A DNA stretch of 64,000 nucleotides from Salpingoeca rosetta (lineage: Eukaryota > Protista > Choanoflagellata), in the NCBI GenBank assembly GCA_033442325.1, contig JAWQFM010000036.1, positions 62,175 through 126,174 of the forward strand, written 5' to 3'. Positions 27,749 through 48,832 of the stretch are shown one piece after another. A model generated the notes under the pieces. That model was not told the origin of the DNA. It saw nothing but the letters and a program-made list of their open reading frames with translations, and did not search any database. Made by a program: the position numbers and the translations under genes. The first letter of the stretch is position 1. The number at the start of each line of letters is the position of its first letter.

Positions 27749-28252
27749 TTGTCGTAGCAGCAACCGCAGCAAGCACGTAACCAAACGCACCACAGAGAAC
27801 TGGAAGACGGCCTTTGTCAGGCGAGACAGCAGGTCGTAAAACTTGTTCATCCTGTCATGTTGGCGGGCGGGGTGCATGGACAATGCGTGATGCGTCAGGG
27901 TGATGGAGAACGTGCAATGGGAGTGGCAGCAAAGCAAGTACACAGGCACGTTATCATGCGCACATGGACAGGTGAGCAGGCGTGCGTGTGTGTATGCATT
28001 GAATTGTGTGTGCATGCATGTCTTGTGTGCCTCTCACCTCCATCGGTCAACGCCGCCCCACTTCTGCTCGAAAACGGCGTAGAAGCACGACGCATACAGC
28101 AGCGCTGCAGGTGTCACGGTGGACCAACGGGGGATGGCACCATCGATGTGATGAGTGATGAGGGGTAGGGCAAGGTGATGAGTGGTGGTGAAGCAATCAG
28201 CCAATGGCAACGACGTGAGTTGAACGGCTCCATCAGTGCACGCACACACACA

Positions 28253-28297
<45 letters not shown>

Positions 28298-29125
28298 CAC
28301 ACGCACATACACAATACACACACACACACAGCTTCCCTAGCCCCCTGTTACCTGCCCCCCACATCATTCCCATGCGCCATACCGAGATCAACGTCCTTGA
28401 TGTCAAGCATGATGTCGGCAAGCAGCTGGGCAAGCTGTGCCTGGGGGACGGGCTTGTCACACATCCACATGGTGTAGAACAGACCATCACACAGCTTCAT
28501 CATCTCGCGCCGTGTCACCGCATTGTAGCTCTCGCGATCCTCCTCCTCCTCCTCCTCATCGTCACCATCATCACCGACACCAGGACCATGAGGTCCGTCG
28601 TAGTCGTAGCCTTCTTCATCCTCGCCATCGCTCTCCATCATCATGGCCTGCATCATCTCCTCTTCGTCCATGCCTTCTTCATCCACGTCATCGTCTCCAC
28701 TCTCAGCACCACCCATCGCCTCACTCTCCTCATCACCATCATCACCGTCATCACCATCACCATCATCATCTTGGTCGGCACCAACACCCGTGCTGTATTC
28801 GAGTGGGGGCAGGGCGTCAATCCCCATGGGCACGGCAGAGTACGCGTGCGTCTTCAGCCACGCACGCGCCTTGCGGATGCCAAGATTGCGTGTTCGCAGC
28901 TCGTTTGCAGTCAGCAGCGGGTACAGTGCACCCACAATGCCGGCACCCTGGGGGCACATGGGGAGAGGGGGTGGGGGGCAGTGGGATGATAATGGGTGGT
29001 GGTAAGTTATGCATGAGTGGAGCGAGTTGGGATGAATGGGATGTGAATCAACAGAGGGCGAGGGGGGGGGGGGGAGGGGCGAGAGAAGTAACCCACCCAT
29101 GTGGGCACACACACACACACACACA

Positions 29126-29215
<90 letters not shown>

Positions 29216-29807
29216 AACACACACAAACACATACACACACACACACACACAAGCAGACAGACACACAGACAGGCAGATAGACATACACACAAGCGCGCTC
29301 TCTTCCCCCCCCCCTCCCCCAATTCGCACGTGTGACGCGAGTATGGCGACTCACGTCTGGTTTGAAGTTGAGAAGGGCAGGATGGTGCTTCTGTTTCTTG
29401 CGAAGCTTCTTCATCCTCCTCTTGCTCTTCCTGTTCTTTCGCTGCTTCCGCGTCAGCTTGGCGCGCTTGTGCGTCGGCTCGCCATCGTCGGTTGTCTTGT
29501 CGCCAGCGCCGTCGTCACCAATGTCACCACCGTCATTGGCGTCGCTGCCATTGGCCTCGGTCGAAGGAGCAGTGGCAGCCTGCTCAGCATCGACCTGCTG
29601 CTCGTCATCCTCAGCCTTCTTGCTGGCCTTGTTCTGCTTCCTGTTCTGCTTTTTGCTCTTTGTCTTCGGCTGCTTGGGCTTGGCATCAAGGGTGGGCTGT
29701 TGCTGCTCCACGGCTTGCTCTGTTGCGATCGCCTCTGCTGCTGCAGTTGCGGCGGCGTCGTCCTCCTGCGATGCGCGTGTGCGCGACTTGCGATACTTTC
29801 GTGCCAT
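25015..29807 (-). CDS. RRP1: Ribosomal RNA processing protein 1 (Nop52 domain) with basic N-terminus and acidic/Lys-rich C-terminus; ~10 exons
   Basis: [21 protein letters not shown]; [25 protein letters not shown]; KWGGVDRWR|MNKFYDLL; [22 protein letters not shown] are Nop52 signature segments. ATG 29807, stop 25015-25017. Confidence 0.9.
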
Positions 29808-30207
29808 CTCTGCTTTCTGGAGTTTGTGACCGTTTGTTTGGGAATGTAGCACAGCGATGAGGGAAGCGAAAGAAGGGGAAAAGACGGATATCGAGGTGTA
29901 AGTACAGTTTCAAAGCGGGCGTTCAGACACGAAAAAACCATATGGATGGATGGAGAGAGTGACTGTGTGTGTGTATGATAGAGAGACGAAGGCACACTCA
30001 GGCAGACAATACACATAGGCACAGACACACAGACAGACACACACACACACTCACAACACACACACACACTCTCTCTCACACACGCACAACACAGCAAACA
30101 CGTGGTGGGTTGTCTCACTTGCTGCGCTCGTGGGTGATGAAAATTTGTTGAAAATATCCACAAATCGTCCACAACCGCGAACGACAGGCAAACGACAACA
30201 ACCAAAG
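29808..30207. promoter_or_regulatory. Divergent intergenic region, RRP1 / PPWD1
   Basis: Head-to-head ATGs 400 bp apart. Confidence 0.55.
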
Positions 30208-37887
<7,680 letters not shown>

Positions 37888-37894
37888 TTGTGTG

Positions 37895-37999
<105 letters not shown>

Positions 38000-38282
38000 G
38001 TTTGTGTATGTGCCATCTGGCAAACGCCCCAATCGCACCTGCCACTTGCTCTTCTTTCAAAAGTGCACCATCGAAAATGAACATTTGTGAATGATATTCG
38101 TGTATTTTCAGCAATCACGCCCGTTTGGATTGTGCTTGTGGAGGGGCGAGGCAAGCAAGACGCCACGTGACCATCACAACAGCGACACAGACCAAAGCAC
38201 ACCACCACCTTCTCTTCACCTCCAACGTCCTCGCAATCCCTCCCTCCGACACAATCTCCCCCCCCTCCACACACATCCACTC

Positions 38283-40046
38283 ATGCACGCGTGGTTAACA
38301 CTCGTGGTGGCTGTGGTGAGCTTGCAGTTGCTACATTCAGTGGAACGCGGTGGTGTTGATGCAGCATCATGCACGGAGCAAGGCGTGGTTGATCAGACCA
38401 CGTGCGGCATGCAGTGTCCAGGCGCCAGCGAGCAGCAAGATGGGTGCACCTGCAGCTACGCTGCCAACGCCAACATGTGCATTTGTGAGGATGACGTCAG
38501 CAGCAGCACCGTGTTCGCGTGCATGGATGAGGAGACGACGAACAGCAAGAGCAAGGACGCTCGACCGCTTCCCTCCTCCTCCTCCTCCTCCTCCTCGTCA
38601 TCCTCCTCGTCCTCCGCGCCACCAGAGCCCAGTGACGACCCAATGGTGTGGGTGGACGGTGACGGCGCCATGTATGTGAGTGGCCCCGGTGACATCCACT
38701 TGGACAGCGGGAACGCCGCACACGGCGGACGCGAGGCTACTGTCTTCCTCGATGGCGTCGATGTGCTGGCGACGCTCGGCGACTTGCATGCCCGAGTGAG
38801 TGTGTTGAAGAACCTCGCCGACTCACTAGCTGCTACGCCAGCGGCGCCGCCCGCATGCAGCGGCATCTCGCCGCTTACTCTTTACTGCAGCCGGGCCTTG
38901 TCAAGGCAGCTCGTTGTTCCTCCTGAGCAGGCTTACGGCGTGTGCGAGGTGCAGCACGTGGTCAACTGCTGCTGCAACGAAACGTTTGCGCTACGCCGTG
39001 TGAACGGAAACATCACCTTCGACGCTGCAGATGGTCCCGTGGTTGGCGAGAGGGTCGTGAACACGGAGGAGGTCCGGTTCAACGCGCTGACGCACATTGC
39101 CGGGTCGCTCATTGTGAGCGGCGTGCCCAACATGCGCGTGCTTGACCTTGGCAGCGTGGAGCACGTGGGCGGTGAAGTGATCATCACCAACAACCCCGAC
39201 CTCGAGACCCTCAGGTTCGGCGCCCTCCGTATCGTTGCTTCCAACGTCATCATCAACGACAACAGCAACCTGACTACGCTACACGTGCCCAAACTCTCGC
39301 ACGTGTATGGCGACGTTGTTGTACACAGCAACGCGCAGCTGTCACACGTGGACCTGGGTTCACTGCAGTACATCGGCGGAACACTGGATCTGCAGAACGG
39401 CGCACCCTCCAACGCAATCACCACGGCTGATGGCGCCGGCTTGGGTGGCGGTGGCCGCGACGCTGAGAACAGTGTTGGACTGGCGAAGCTGACGGCGGCA
39501 CAGCTGCAGCTGGTTGGCGGGGATGTGGTTGTGGCATATCACCCCTTTCTCAACTCCACACGCCTTGGCGCGCTGTCGAGGGTTATGGGCAAGGTGTCCA
39601 TCCACAACAACGGCATGCTTGCATCTGTTGACCTGGGCAGCCTCACTGCGAGTGGCGACCTGCAGCTCAACAGGAACCGCATCACCGCGCTCAACCTCAC
39701 CAGCCTTCTGACTGTGGCTGGCACGCTCAGTGCGGACGACAACCATGTCCTCACTGTGTTTGCGGCGCCACAGCTGACGCTGGTGACAGGCAGCCTGCGC
39801 CTGGCCACCAACTCCATCACCACCGTTTCGCTCCCGAACCTGAGCGTGGTGCGTAATGATCTCATCCTCGACAACAACGACGTGCGGTATCTCGACCTGC
39901 ACTCCCTGTTTCGCGCCACATCTGTCTCGTTGCTTGGCAGCACCAACTTGGCGCAGCTTGACTGCTCCTCCTTTGGGCAGGTCGACTGTATTTCCGTGGA
40001 GAGCGGCGTGGACACCACCAGCACCGCGTGCCCGCCCCCTTGTTAG
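38283..40046 (+). CDS. Intronless secreted protein with Cys-rich N-terminus, putative trimerisation segment and receptor-L-domain/LRR-like beta-helix repeats
   Basis: Signal-like MHAWLTLVVAVVSLQLL. About 14 repeats of type L..V.G.L.I..N..L..L...(e.g. LSHVYGDVVVHSNAQLSHVDLGSLQYIGGTLDLQN). Uninterrupted 587-aa frame. No TM or GPI tail evident. Confidence 0.85.
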   Translation: MHAWLTLVVAVVSLQLLHSVERGGVDAASCTEQGVVDQTTCGMQCPGASEQQDGCTCSYAANANMCICEDDVSSSTVFACMDEETTNSKSKDARPLPSSSSSSSSSSSSSSAPPEPSDDPMVWVDGDGAMYVSGPGDIHLDSGNAAHGGREATVFLDGVDVLATLGDLHARVSVLKNLADSLAATPAAPPACSGISPLTLYCSRALSRQLVVPPEQAYGVCEVQHVVNCCCNETFALRRVNGNITFDAADGPVVGERVVNTEEVRFNALTHIAGSLIVSGVPNMRVLDLGSVEHVGGEVIITNNPDLETLRFGALRIVASNVIINDNSNLTTLHVPKLSHVYGDVVVHSNAQLSHVDLGSLQYIGGTLDLQNGAPSNAITTADGAGLGGGGRDAENSVGLAKLTAAQLQLVGGDVVVAYHPFLNSTRLGALSRVMGKVSIHNNGMLASVDLGSLTASGDLQLNRNRITALNLTSLLTVAGTLSADDNHVLTVFAAPQLTLVTGSLRLATNSITTVSLPNLSVVRNDLILDNNDVRYLDLHSLFRATSVSLLGSTNLAQLDCSSFGQVDCISVESGVDTTSTACPPPC

Positions 40047-40074
40047 TAGGTTTGGGTGTGTGAGTGTGTGAAGG

Positions 40075-40142
<68 letters not shown>

Positions 40143-40184
40143 GTGTGTGTTTAGTTGTGTGTAGGGTCTGTTGGGTGTGTGGTG

Positions 40185-40224
<40 letters not shown>

Positions 40225-40507
40225 CTGTGTGTGTGTTCTGTAAAAAGGTTTGTCTCGCTTGCTTGTGAAGAAGGTGGCTGTGTAGAATTTTAGCTGAAAT
40301 CATAAACAATCTATTGGAGACTGGAAAATCCTGTCTGTGCTTGAAATTTTGCACGACCCACCACAGCCCAAACAACAACGACCACACCCACCACCTTACT
40401 GCACTCATCCCCTCTGGAGCACATACAGAAGCAACGACCTTGTACCATGCTGAAGCTGCTCGCGAGGCGTGGCTCTGAGGCGCGCAGCCTCCGCTACAGA
40501 AGAGGTG

Positions 40508-40543
<36 letters not shown>

Positions 40544-41169
40544 TGTGTGTCTGTGTCTGTGTGTGTGTGTGTGTTTGAAACTCTTGTATCTACCCATCAA
40601 TGGGCTGCCTTCCCCTCGTTGTCCCTTCAGTCTCTGGCTTCTACCCACCCTACCCTACCTTTACTCTCTCTCTCTCTCNNNNNNNNNNNNNNNNNNNNNN
40701 NNNNNNNNNNNNNNNNNNNNNNNNNNNNNNNNNNNNNNNNNNNNNNNNNNNNNNNNNNNNNNNNNNNNNNNNNNNNNNNNNNNNNNNNNNNNNNNNNNNN
40801 NNNNNNNNNNNNNNNNNNNNNNNNNNNNNNNNNNNNNNNNNNNNNNNNNNNNNNNNNNNNNNNNNNNNNNNNNNNNNNNNNNNNNNNNNNNNNNNNNNNN
40901 NNNNNNNNNNNNNNNNNNNNNNNNNNNNNNNNNNNNNNNNNNNNNNNNNNNNNNNNNNNNNNNNNNNNNNNNNNNNNNNNNNNNNNNNNNNNNNNNNNNN
41001 NNNNNNNNNNNNNNNNNNNNNNNNNNNNNNNNNNNNNNNNNNNNNNNNNNNNNNNNNNNNNNNNNNNNNNNNNNNNNNNNNNNNNNNNNNNNNNNNNNNN
41101 NNNNNNNNNNNNNNNNNNNNNNNNNNNNNNNNNNNNNNNNNNNNNNNNNNNNNNNNNNNNNNNNNNNNN

Positions 41170-41259
<90 letters not shown>

Positions 41260-41466
41260 TGCGTATCCTTGTGGTTGAGTGTGCATGTATGTGAATGCCC
41301 ACACGCGTGCGTGTGCAAGTGGATTTTGCCCCGTGCAGCACTATGTCCTCGTGTAACTGCCCAAGATACCTGCCGCCATCACTCCATCACCCCCTGTGCC
41401 TTCCATTACATTCATTCATTCATTCATTCATTCATTCATTCACGCCATGTATTGGGTGTTGTGCAG

Positions 41467-42343
41467 TTTTTGTGCGAATGGATATGGACAAGCACATTTA
41501 CAGCTACGCACTTGGCCGCGAAGCAACAGGCGTCATGCGTGTCATCGCCAACAAGGGTTAGGATTTGCTCGGGGAGGAGGGTGCATTGAGTGCGAATGAG
41601 TTTGCATTGGGAGAGAATGGAGGGAGGGGAGATTGCATGGGTGTGTGTAAGAGGTGTGGGTTTGACTGCGTGAGCCGTTTCAACACGTGCCGAATGGCCT
41701 GAATTCACACACACACACACGCACACCTTATAGGCGGCATTGGTGTGCGGTTCAGCGTGGGCAACTACAAGATTGCTGTCATCTCTACGCATCTCAACGC
41801 GCACGCGGGGGAGGAGCGGAAACTGCTGCGACACAACGACACACGCGAGATCCTGAAGGGCCTCATGGTGCGGTTGCCAGCGGAGTGCTGTACATGTGTG
41901 TGTGTGTGTGTGTGTTTGTGCTTGCGTGTGTGCTTGCGTATCTGTCTGTCTGTCTGTCTGTCCATGGTTTTTCGCTTTGGACTTCCTCTCTGTCGATACA
42001 TCTTCGCTGCACACCACCACCATTAACCATCACCACCACCACCATTAACCGCCATCAACCACCATCACCATCATCATTCCCTCGACCACGCCTGTCTCCT
42101 TTGCGAATCAGTCGCTGTCCGACTTTGGCTGCGATGCGCTGGGCGCATTCCATCACGTGTTCTGGATCGGTGACCTCAACTACAGACTCAACCTCGAGCA
42201 AGGTGGTGGCGGTGGCGGCGGTGGTGATTTGGGATCGTGGTGGTGGTGATGACAATCAATGCAGGGTGTGTGTGTGTGTGTGTGTGGTGAGGAAAGGGCG
42301 TTGATGATGTGAGCGTTGCTTTCCTACACGTGACATAGCAACG

Positions 42344-42388
<45 letters not shown>

Positions 42389-42508
42389 CAACACGGGAAC
42401 ATGAACCACAAAAGCTCAAATCCGTTCGTGTGGTGCGCACCTGCAGTGCAATCGCTGGAATCCGTTCCGGAATCACACGACGACAGATTCAAACTGGTAC
42501 AGCAGTGG

Positions 42509-42556
<48 letters not shown>

Positions 42557-42560
42557 CTGT

Positions 42561-42591
<31 letters not shown>

Positions 42592-43495
42592 CTCGTGTTT
42601 GTTGCGGTGTATTTGTGTGCATCTCCAATGTGCATATTCCACACGTCCTGACTCAATCACTTGTGTGCAATCCTCATCCACCACCAACTGTGCAGGTCAC
42701 ATCGTGGATCGAGAGCAGGGAATGGGACAAGATCAACGAGGTAACTCCCCATCTGCATCTGTTGCAGTGTGCACCCAATGCGCATCTGCTGGTGGTGGAA
42801 GTGTGCGTGTGAACGTGCGCGCGTGTGTGCATATTAACCTGAACTACAACGAACACAAACACACACACATACACACACACACACACATACACACACACAC
42901 ACAAACACACGCACACACACACCATGCACACACACACACACCATGCACACGCACACATGCACACGCACGCGCGCCATTGCACCACGGCCACCACCACCAG
43001 GCCGACGAGCTGCGGCCGGATCGCAGCGCCGGTCGTGTCCTCACGGGATTTCAGGAGGGCGCAATGCTCTTTCCGCCAACATACAAAGTGGGTCTCGTCA
43101 TGATCGTGGTCAAGGGTAGCGAAGAGTGGTGGTGGGTGGCGGTTATGGTACAAGGCTGCGGTGCTTTGTGGTGTCAGGTGGTGTTGTTGTTGGCATGGGT
43201 AAACGAATGTGAGTGCATGTGTTTTGGGTGTTCTGGCGCGCGTACACGCTCGAGATTACCAGCTCCTTCCTCACATCATCACCATCATCATCATCACCAC
43301 CACCAACCACCACCACCACCATGAACCATGGCCAGGTTGAGCGGGCGAGCGAGCTACAGTACCGTGACCAGCGCATCCCGGCATATTGCGATCGCATCCT
43401 GTGGAGGTCGATGCCGGGCCTCGACACAGCCGTCACGCAGACCTCGCTCGAACCCCTCCTCACGTCAGGCAACGTGGCACTCGGTGGTGGTCGTG

Positions 43496-43574
<79 letters not shown>

Positions 43575-44072
43575 CAAGAGAATCGCGACTGTGATAAGAA
43601 GTGCTGGCGGTTGATGTGTACATGCAATGTCGATGAAACACCCTCTGCCCCCCTTCTTCTCTTCACCTCGACAGCCACCTGCTCTGTGTCATGCATTGTG
43701 ACAGCGTGCCCACATCTGACCACAAACCGCTGCGTGCAACGTTCTCCATCCGCGTCAAACACATGATGTGAGCTCACACGTCCGGGTGTGTCTGTGTGTG
43801 TGTGTCTGTGTCTGTGCGTGTGTGTGTGTGCTTGTGCTCGCACGTCAACGTGATCATGATTCAACAGTTGACTGCTCACCGCCACCACCACCACCACCAT
43901 CACCACCACCACCATCGCCACGACCACCATCGCCACGACCACCATCGTTACCAGCGAGCGTCCCCCCACGCTGGGCCGCCGCCTTGTCCTTGTCTTTGAT
44001 GAGCTCGCCGGGCATGCCCTCGCCGATCAGGTCATCCCAGCACACCGCACTTGCCACAATGTGATTGTATTT

Positions 44073-44157
<85 letters not shown>

Positions 44158-44994
44158 TGTTGTTGTTGTTGTTGTTGTGTGTGTGTGTGTGTGTGTGTGT
44201 GTGACGTGCGTTGTGGATGACACAAGTGACGTGATTGTCGTGCTACCATGACGATGGGCCATGACCTTACTTGCGCCCGTTGGCTCCCTCGCCAACAACC
44301 ATGGCATGCGCTACATGCACAACAGGATGTGACGGGAAAGAGCGACGTATACATCACGTTTCAGAGCGCGGATGGCATTCTCAAATACAATGGCTCAAAC
44401 GCAAAGTCAACCAGGGTGCAGCACAGCACGCTCGACCCCACGTGGGCAGCCAAGGTTGGTGCTGCTGTCTGAGTTCGCGTGTGCACGCAGATATACCTGT
44501 GCGTATTTGTGCGTGTATCTGTGTGTGTGTGTGTGTCTGTGTGTGTGTCTGTGTCTGTGTCTCTGTGTGTGTCTGTGTCTGTGTCTGTGTCTGTCTGTGT
44601 TTGCCTCTGTGTGTGTGTTTCTCTCCTGCGGTGCATGTGTCTTTCTCGCCCTATACACATGTGCTTTCGCTCGTCTTCCGTCTTTGTGACAGTGTTTGCC
44701 ACCCTCTCGTCCTCCCCACCCCAATCGACCACTACACTCACGCTCTCCACCACCACGTCCCATGACAGGAGATTCCAACGCTGGCGCTGCGCCCACACGA
44801 GCAGCAGCTTGAGCTGATACGCGCGTGCCACATCACCATGGTGGTGCGCGATTGGGACCGCGCCTCCAGACACGATTACATGGGATCGGCACAGGTGAAT
44901 ACGCGTGTGTAGTGCGATGTGTGTGTGATGTGTATTGTGTGTGTGTGTGTGCGTGCGTGATGTGTAATGTGTGTGTGTGCGTGCGTGATGTGTA

Positions 44995-45039
<45 letters not shown>

Positions 45040-45083
45040 CTGGCAAAGTACAGACTCGTCACCATGTCATCTCCCGTTTCCCG

Positions 45084-45143
<60 letters not shown>

Positions 45144-45269
45144 TCACGACCGCAGGTTCCACTGACAGACGTTGACGTGGGTGCTGCGACACCGTTTGAG
45201 GCGGAGGTGACGCGGTTTGGTGTTCGCCAAGGCACGCTCACGGGCGCGTTCCGCCTAGCGCTGGCATGA
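41467..45269 (+). CDS. Inositol polyphosphate 5-phosphatase with C-terminal C2 domain (SHIP-like core); 5' end in or before gap 40679-41169 (possible first exon near 40447-40504)
   Basis: ATGVMRVIANKG|GIGVRF..STHLNAH; HVFWIGDLNYRL; GFQEGAMLFPPTYK; RIPAYCDRILW; TSDHKPL. C2: LADQ|DVTGKSDVY..STLDPTW, VVRDWDRASRHDYMG. Stop at 45269. Confidence 0.92.
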
Positions 45270-45403
45270 CGGTGGCGATGGTGATGATTTGTGTGTGTGT
45301 GTGTGTGTGTATGTGTGTGAGGGGGGGGGGCGTTCCGAGGGAAGAGAGCGAGACGAGACGAAAGGAAAGAGGAGACGGAAATGACCAAGGGAGAAGAAGA
45401 AAC

Positions 45404-45497
<94 letters not shown>

Positions 45498-45759
45498 CCC
45501 CCCCTTTCGAAATTCGACCCTGATTTTACGCTTGCATTTCTTGTTACCCTTTTTCGCGATATTGTCCATAAAAGTCCACACTCGCTCCAAACACAAACAC
45601 CAGCCAAGAAGAAGAAGACAATCATCCATCCGTCCATCAACCAAGCAAGCAGCCAGACAGAAGAAGAAGAGACATCACCATCCCACCCTTGTCACGGTCA
45701 CATAGCTTGTGTGTGCTTGTTGGCGTCTCATACGCAAGGCAACAAGAGGACACGCAGTC

Positions 45760-46285
45760 ATGTCCTACGGTGAGGTGTCTGTGTTCACTGCGTTTCCTGC
45801 AGTTGCCCTCGTGCGTTGGTTTGCTTGCGTCGCTGTCCACTTGTTCTGTCATTCACGCTCACACCACCCACCACTCCCCACTCCCTTCTGTCGTTATCCA
45901 CACCTTGTTAACGACACAGAACACTCTTCCAACGCCATGATGGGCGCTGAAGGATTTGGCAGCGACGATGTCGACGTCCCTACCGAGGTTGTGGCCGCCA
46001 CTGACACGATCACCCTCCTGCTCTTGCACGTCTGTGCTGTTGAACTGATTTTTTTTTCTTTGGCACCGGCCACGTTCGCTTACAGTCGCCGCTGTCGTAT
46101 CACCACCGTCTCACTGTCTTCTTTGCCACAGGGCTTCTCCAACATGAACATCCAAACGCACTCCGGCTACCGTGCTGGATTTCTTCAACGGTGAGCGACG
46201 GCAGTGCTACTGATGCTGTTGTTGTAGTTGCTGTCGTCACTGTTGCTGCCGCGGGGGTTATTGTTTGTCGTACCGGTTGTCCTTA

Positions 46286-46329
<44 letters not shown>

Positions 46330-46923
46330 TTTGCGCGATTGTGTTTGGTTCGTCTTCTTCTCCTCCTCTTTGGCGCAGCGACGCTCATGCACACACCCCC
46401 CCCCCACACACACACACACTTACACTCACACACTTACACCCTACACACACCTGCAGTGGCACGCAAAGCCCCATCCAGATCCTGGATGTGGGCAAGGAGT
46501 CGGAGAAAATTCGCGTTATGAAAGTGAGTGATTGATGCCGGTGTGCTCGCTGAATGAAATGCAACCATCGTCGCCCCGTCTATGCCAGAGCAGATGCATC
46601 ACCAGCGTGTATTCACTCCATCTATGTGTGTGCGTGTGCGCAGGACATTGTTCGTGAGATGGCCACGGGGAATGACCAGTCCGAGTTCTTCCCGCACGTG
46701 GTCAAATGCGTCGCATCCAAGAGCATGGAGGTGAGCAGGGGCAGGGCAAGGAGAGGAAACGGGGGAGACGGCGTGTGTGTATGTGCGTGTATGTATGTGA
46801 GAGTGTGTCTGTGTTTGTGTGCGTGTGCTTGACCTCAGCCGAGTCATCTCCACAACTCACAACCTGCAACACACGTTCTCTCCCCACCATCATTGTTCTC
46901 AACAACAACAACAACAACAACAA

Positions 46924-46955
<32 letters not shown>

Positions 46956-47585
46956 CCATCACCACCACCACCACAGCTGCGGAAGCTGGTGTACATGTAC
47001 TTGGTGCGCTATGCGGAGGACGTGCCGGACGTGGCGTTGCTGTCCATCTCCACCTTCCAGCGCGGGCTGCACGACCCAAACCAGCTCATCCGCGCCAGTG
47101 CCCTGCGTGTGCTGTCATCCATCCGCCTCCCCGAGATTGTGCCCATCCTGCTGCTCTCCCTCAAGCAGGCTGCAAGCGACATGTCCCCCTACGTCCGCAA
47201 GACCGCCGCACACGCTCTGCCAAAGCTCAACAGGTGCACACGCGAAAGCACATCATGTCTGTGCGACTGTGTGTGTGCGTGTGTGTATGTGTGTGCGACT
47301 GTGTGTGTGTGTGTGTGTTGTTTGGCCACTTACTCCCAAGTTCACACACATTCGCTCACTCATACGCACAACCACACACACATCCACACATCCACACAAC
47401 CCAAACATACACAACGTCTGTGTGTATGCGTGCGTGTGTGTGTGTGTGTGCAGCCTTGCACCGCTTGAGCGGGAGTCTGTGATGGAGATTCTTGAGAAGC
47501 TGCTGCACGACCGCACGACGATGGTCCTCGGCAGCGTCATCATGGCCTTTCAGGAGGTGAGGGAGGGGCGTGCCCGCCGTGGCCG

Positions 47586-47677
<92 letters not shown>

Positions 47678-48761
47678 GAATAAGTGCTGTTTGTCGAGGG
47701 GGCACTGGCAGCTCACGCTCTCAGTGGCGTGTGCGCGTCAGTTTACCAATGATTTGCAACTGTTGCGTTGTATCACGTGCCCCGATCAACACCCCCCTCC
47801 TCTGGTGTGTGTCCGCAATTGATCCTCTTCATACATTCACCGCCGCCGCCACCGCCACCACCCATGATCACCATCACAGATTTGCCCCGACCGGCTTGAC
47901 TTGCTGCACAAGCACTTCCGCAAGCTGTGCGACGTTCTCATTGACGTCGACGAGTGGGGCCAGATTGCAATCGTCAAGCTTGTGAGTCCAGCGTCTGCCT
48001 CTGCTCATTGTCGTGGTGGCGGCGGTGGTGCCACGACATGTTGCGTTGATGCTGCTGGTGCTGCTGCTGGTGCTCCCTTACGTACTCGTTGTCCGTGTGG
48101 GGAATCTGAATCCGTGCGCCCACCGATGCAACGCCAGCACACTGCTTCCCCCCACCACTGCAACCATCACCATCATTGCCTCCCAAGCCTGGTTCCCACT
48201 CAACGCCCTCCTTCCATCATCACTGCACCACTCACCGCCATGCCACCACCACCACCCCCACCACCACGATGTGTACACGCGTGTGTCGACAGCTTGTTCG
48301 GTACTGCCGCGTCAACTTTGTTGACCCAAATCTGCACGGCAGCAGCGGCATCGACACGGGGAAATTCTACGACGACGACGACACGTCAAGCAACGACGAC
48401 GACGATGATAGTGATGATGATGATGCTGATGGCAGCGATGGTGAAGGAAAGAAGAAGAGAAAGAAGAAGCATTATGAGATGGATGCTGATTTCCGCCTGT
48501 TTCTGCGCGCCATCCAGCCGCTGCTGCTGTCGCGTAATGCCGGGGTGGTGATGGCGGTGGTGCAGGCATACCACCACCTCGCACCAAACACCGAGGTGCC
48601 CCTCGTCACCCGCGCCCTCATCAGACTCACAACAGAGGACAGGTGTGGTCGCTTGCTTGGTCGGTCTTCTTGTTGTTGTTCTTGTTAGTTGTTCTTGTGA
48701 GTTGTTCTCGTTGTTGCCTGTTGTTGTCTGTCGTTGTTGTTGTTGTTGTTGTTGTCTGTCG

Positions 48762-48832
<71 letters not shown>

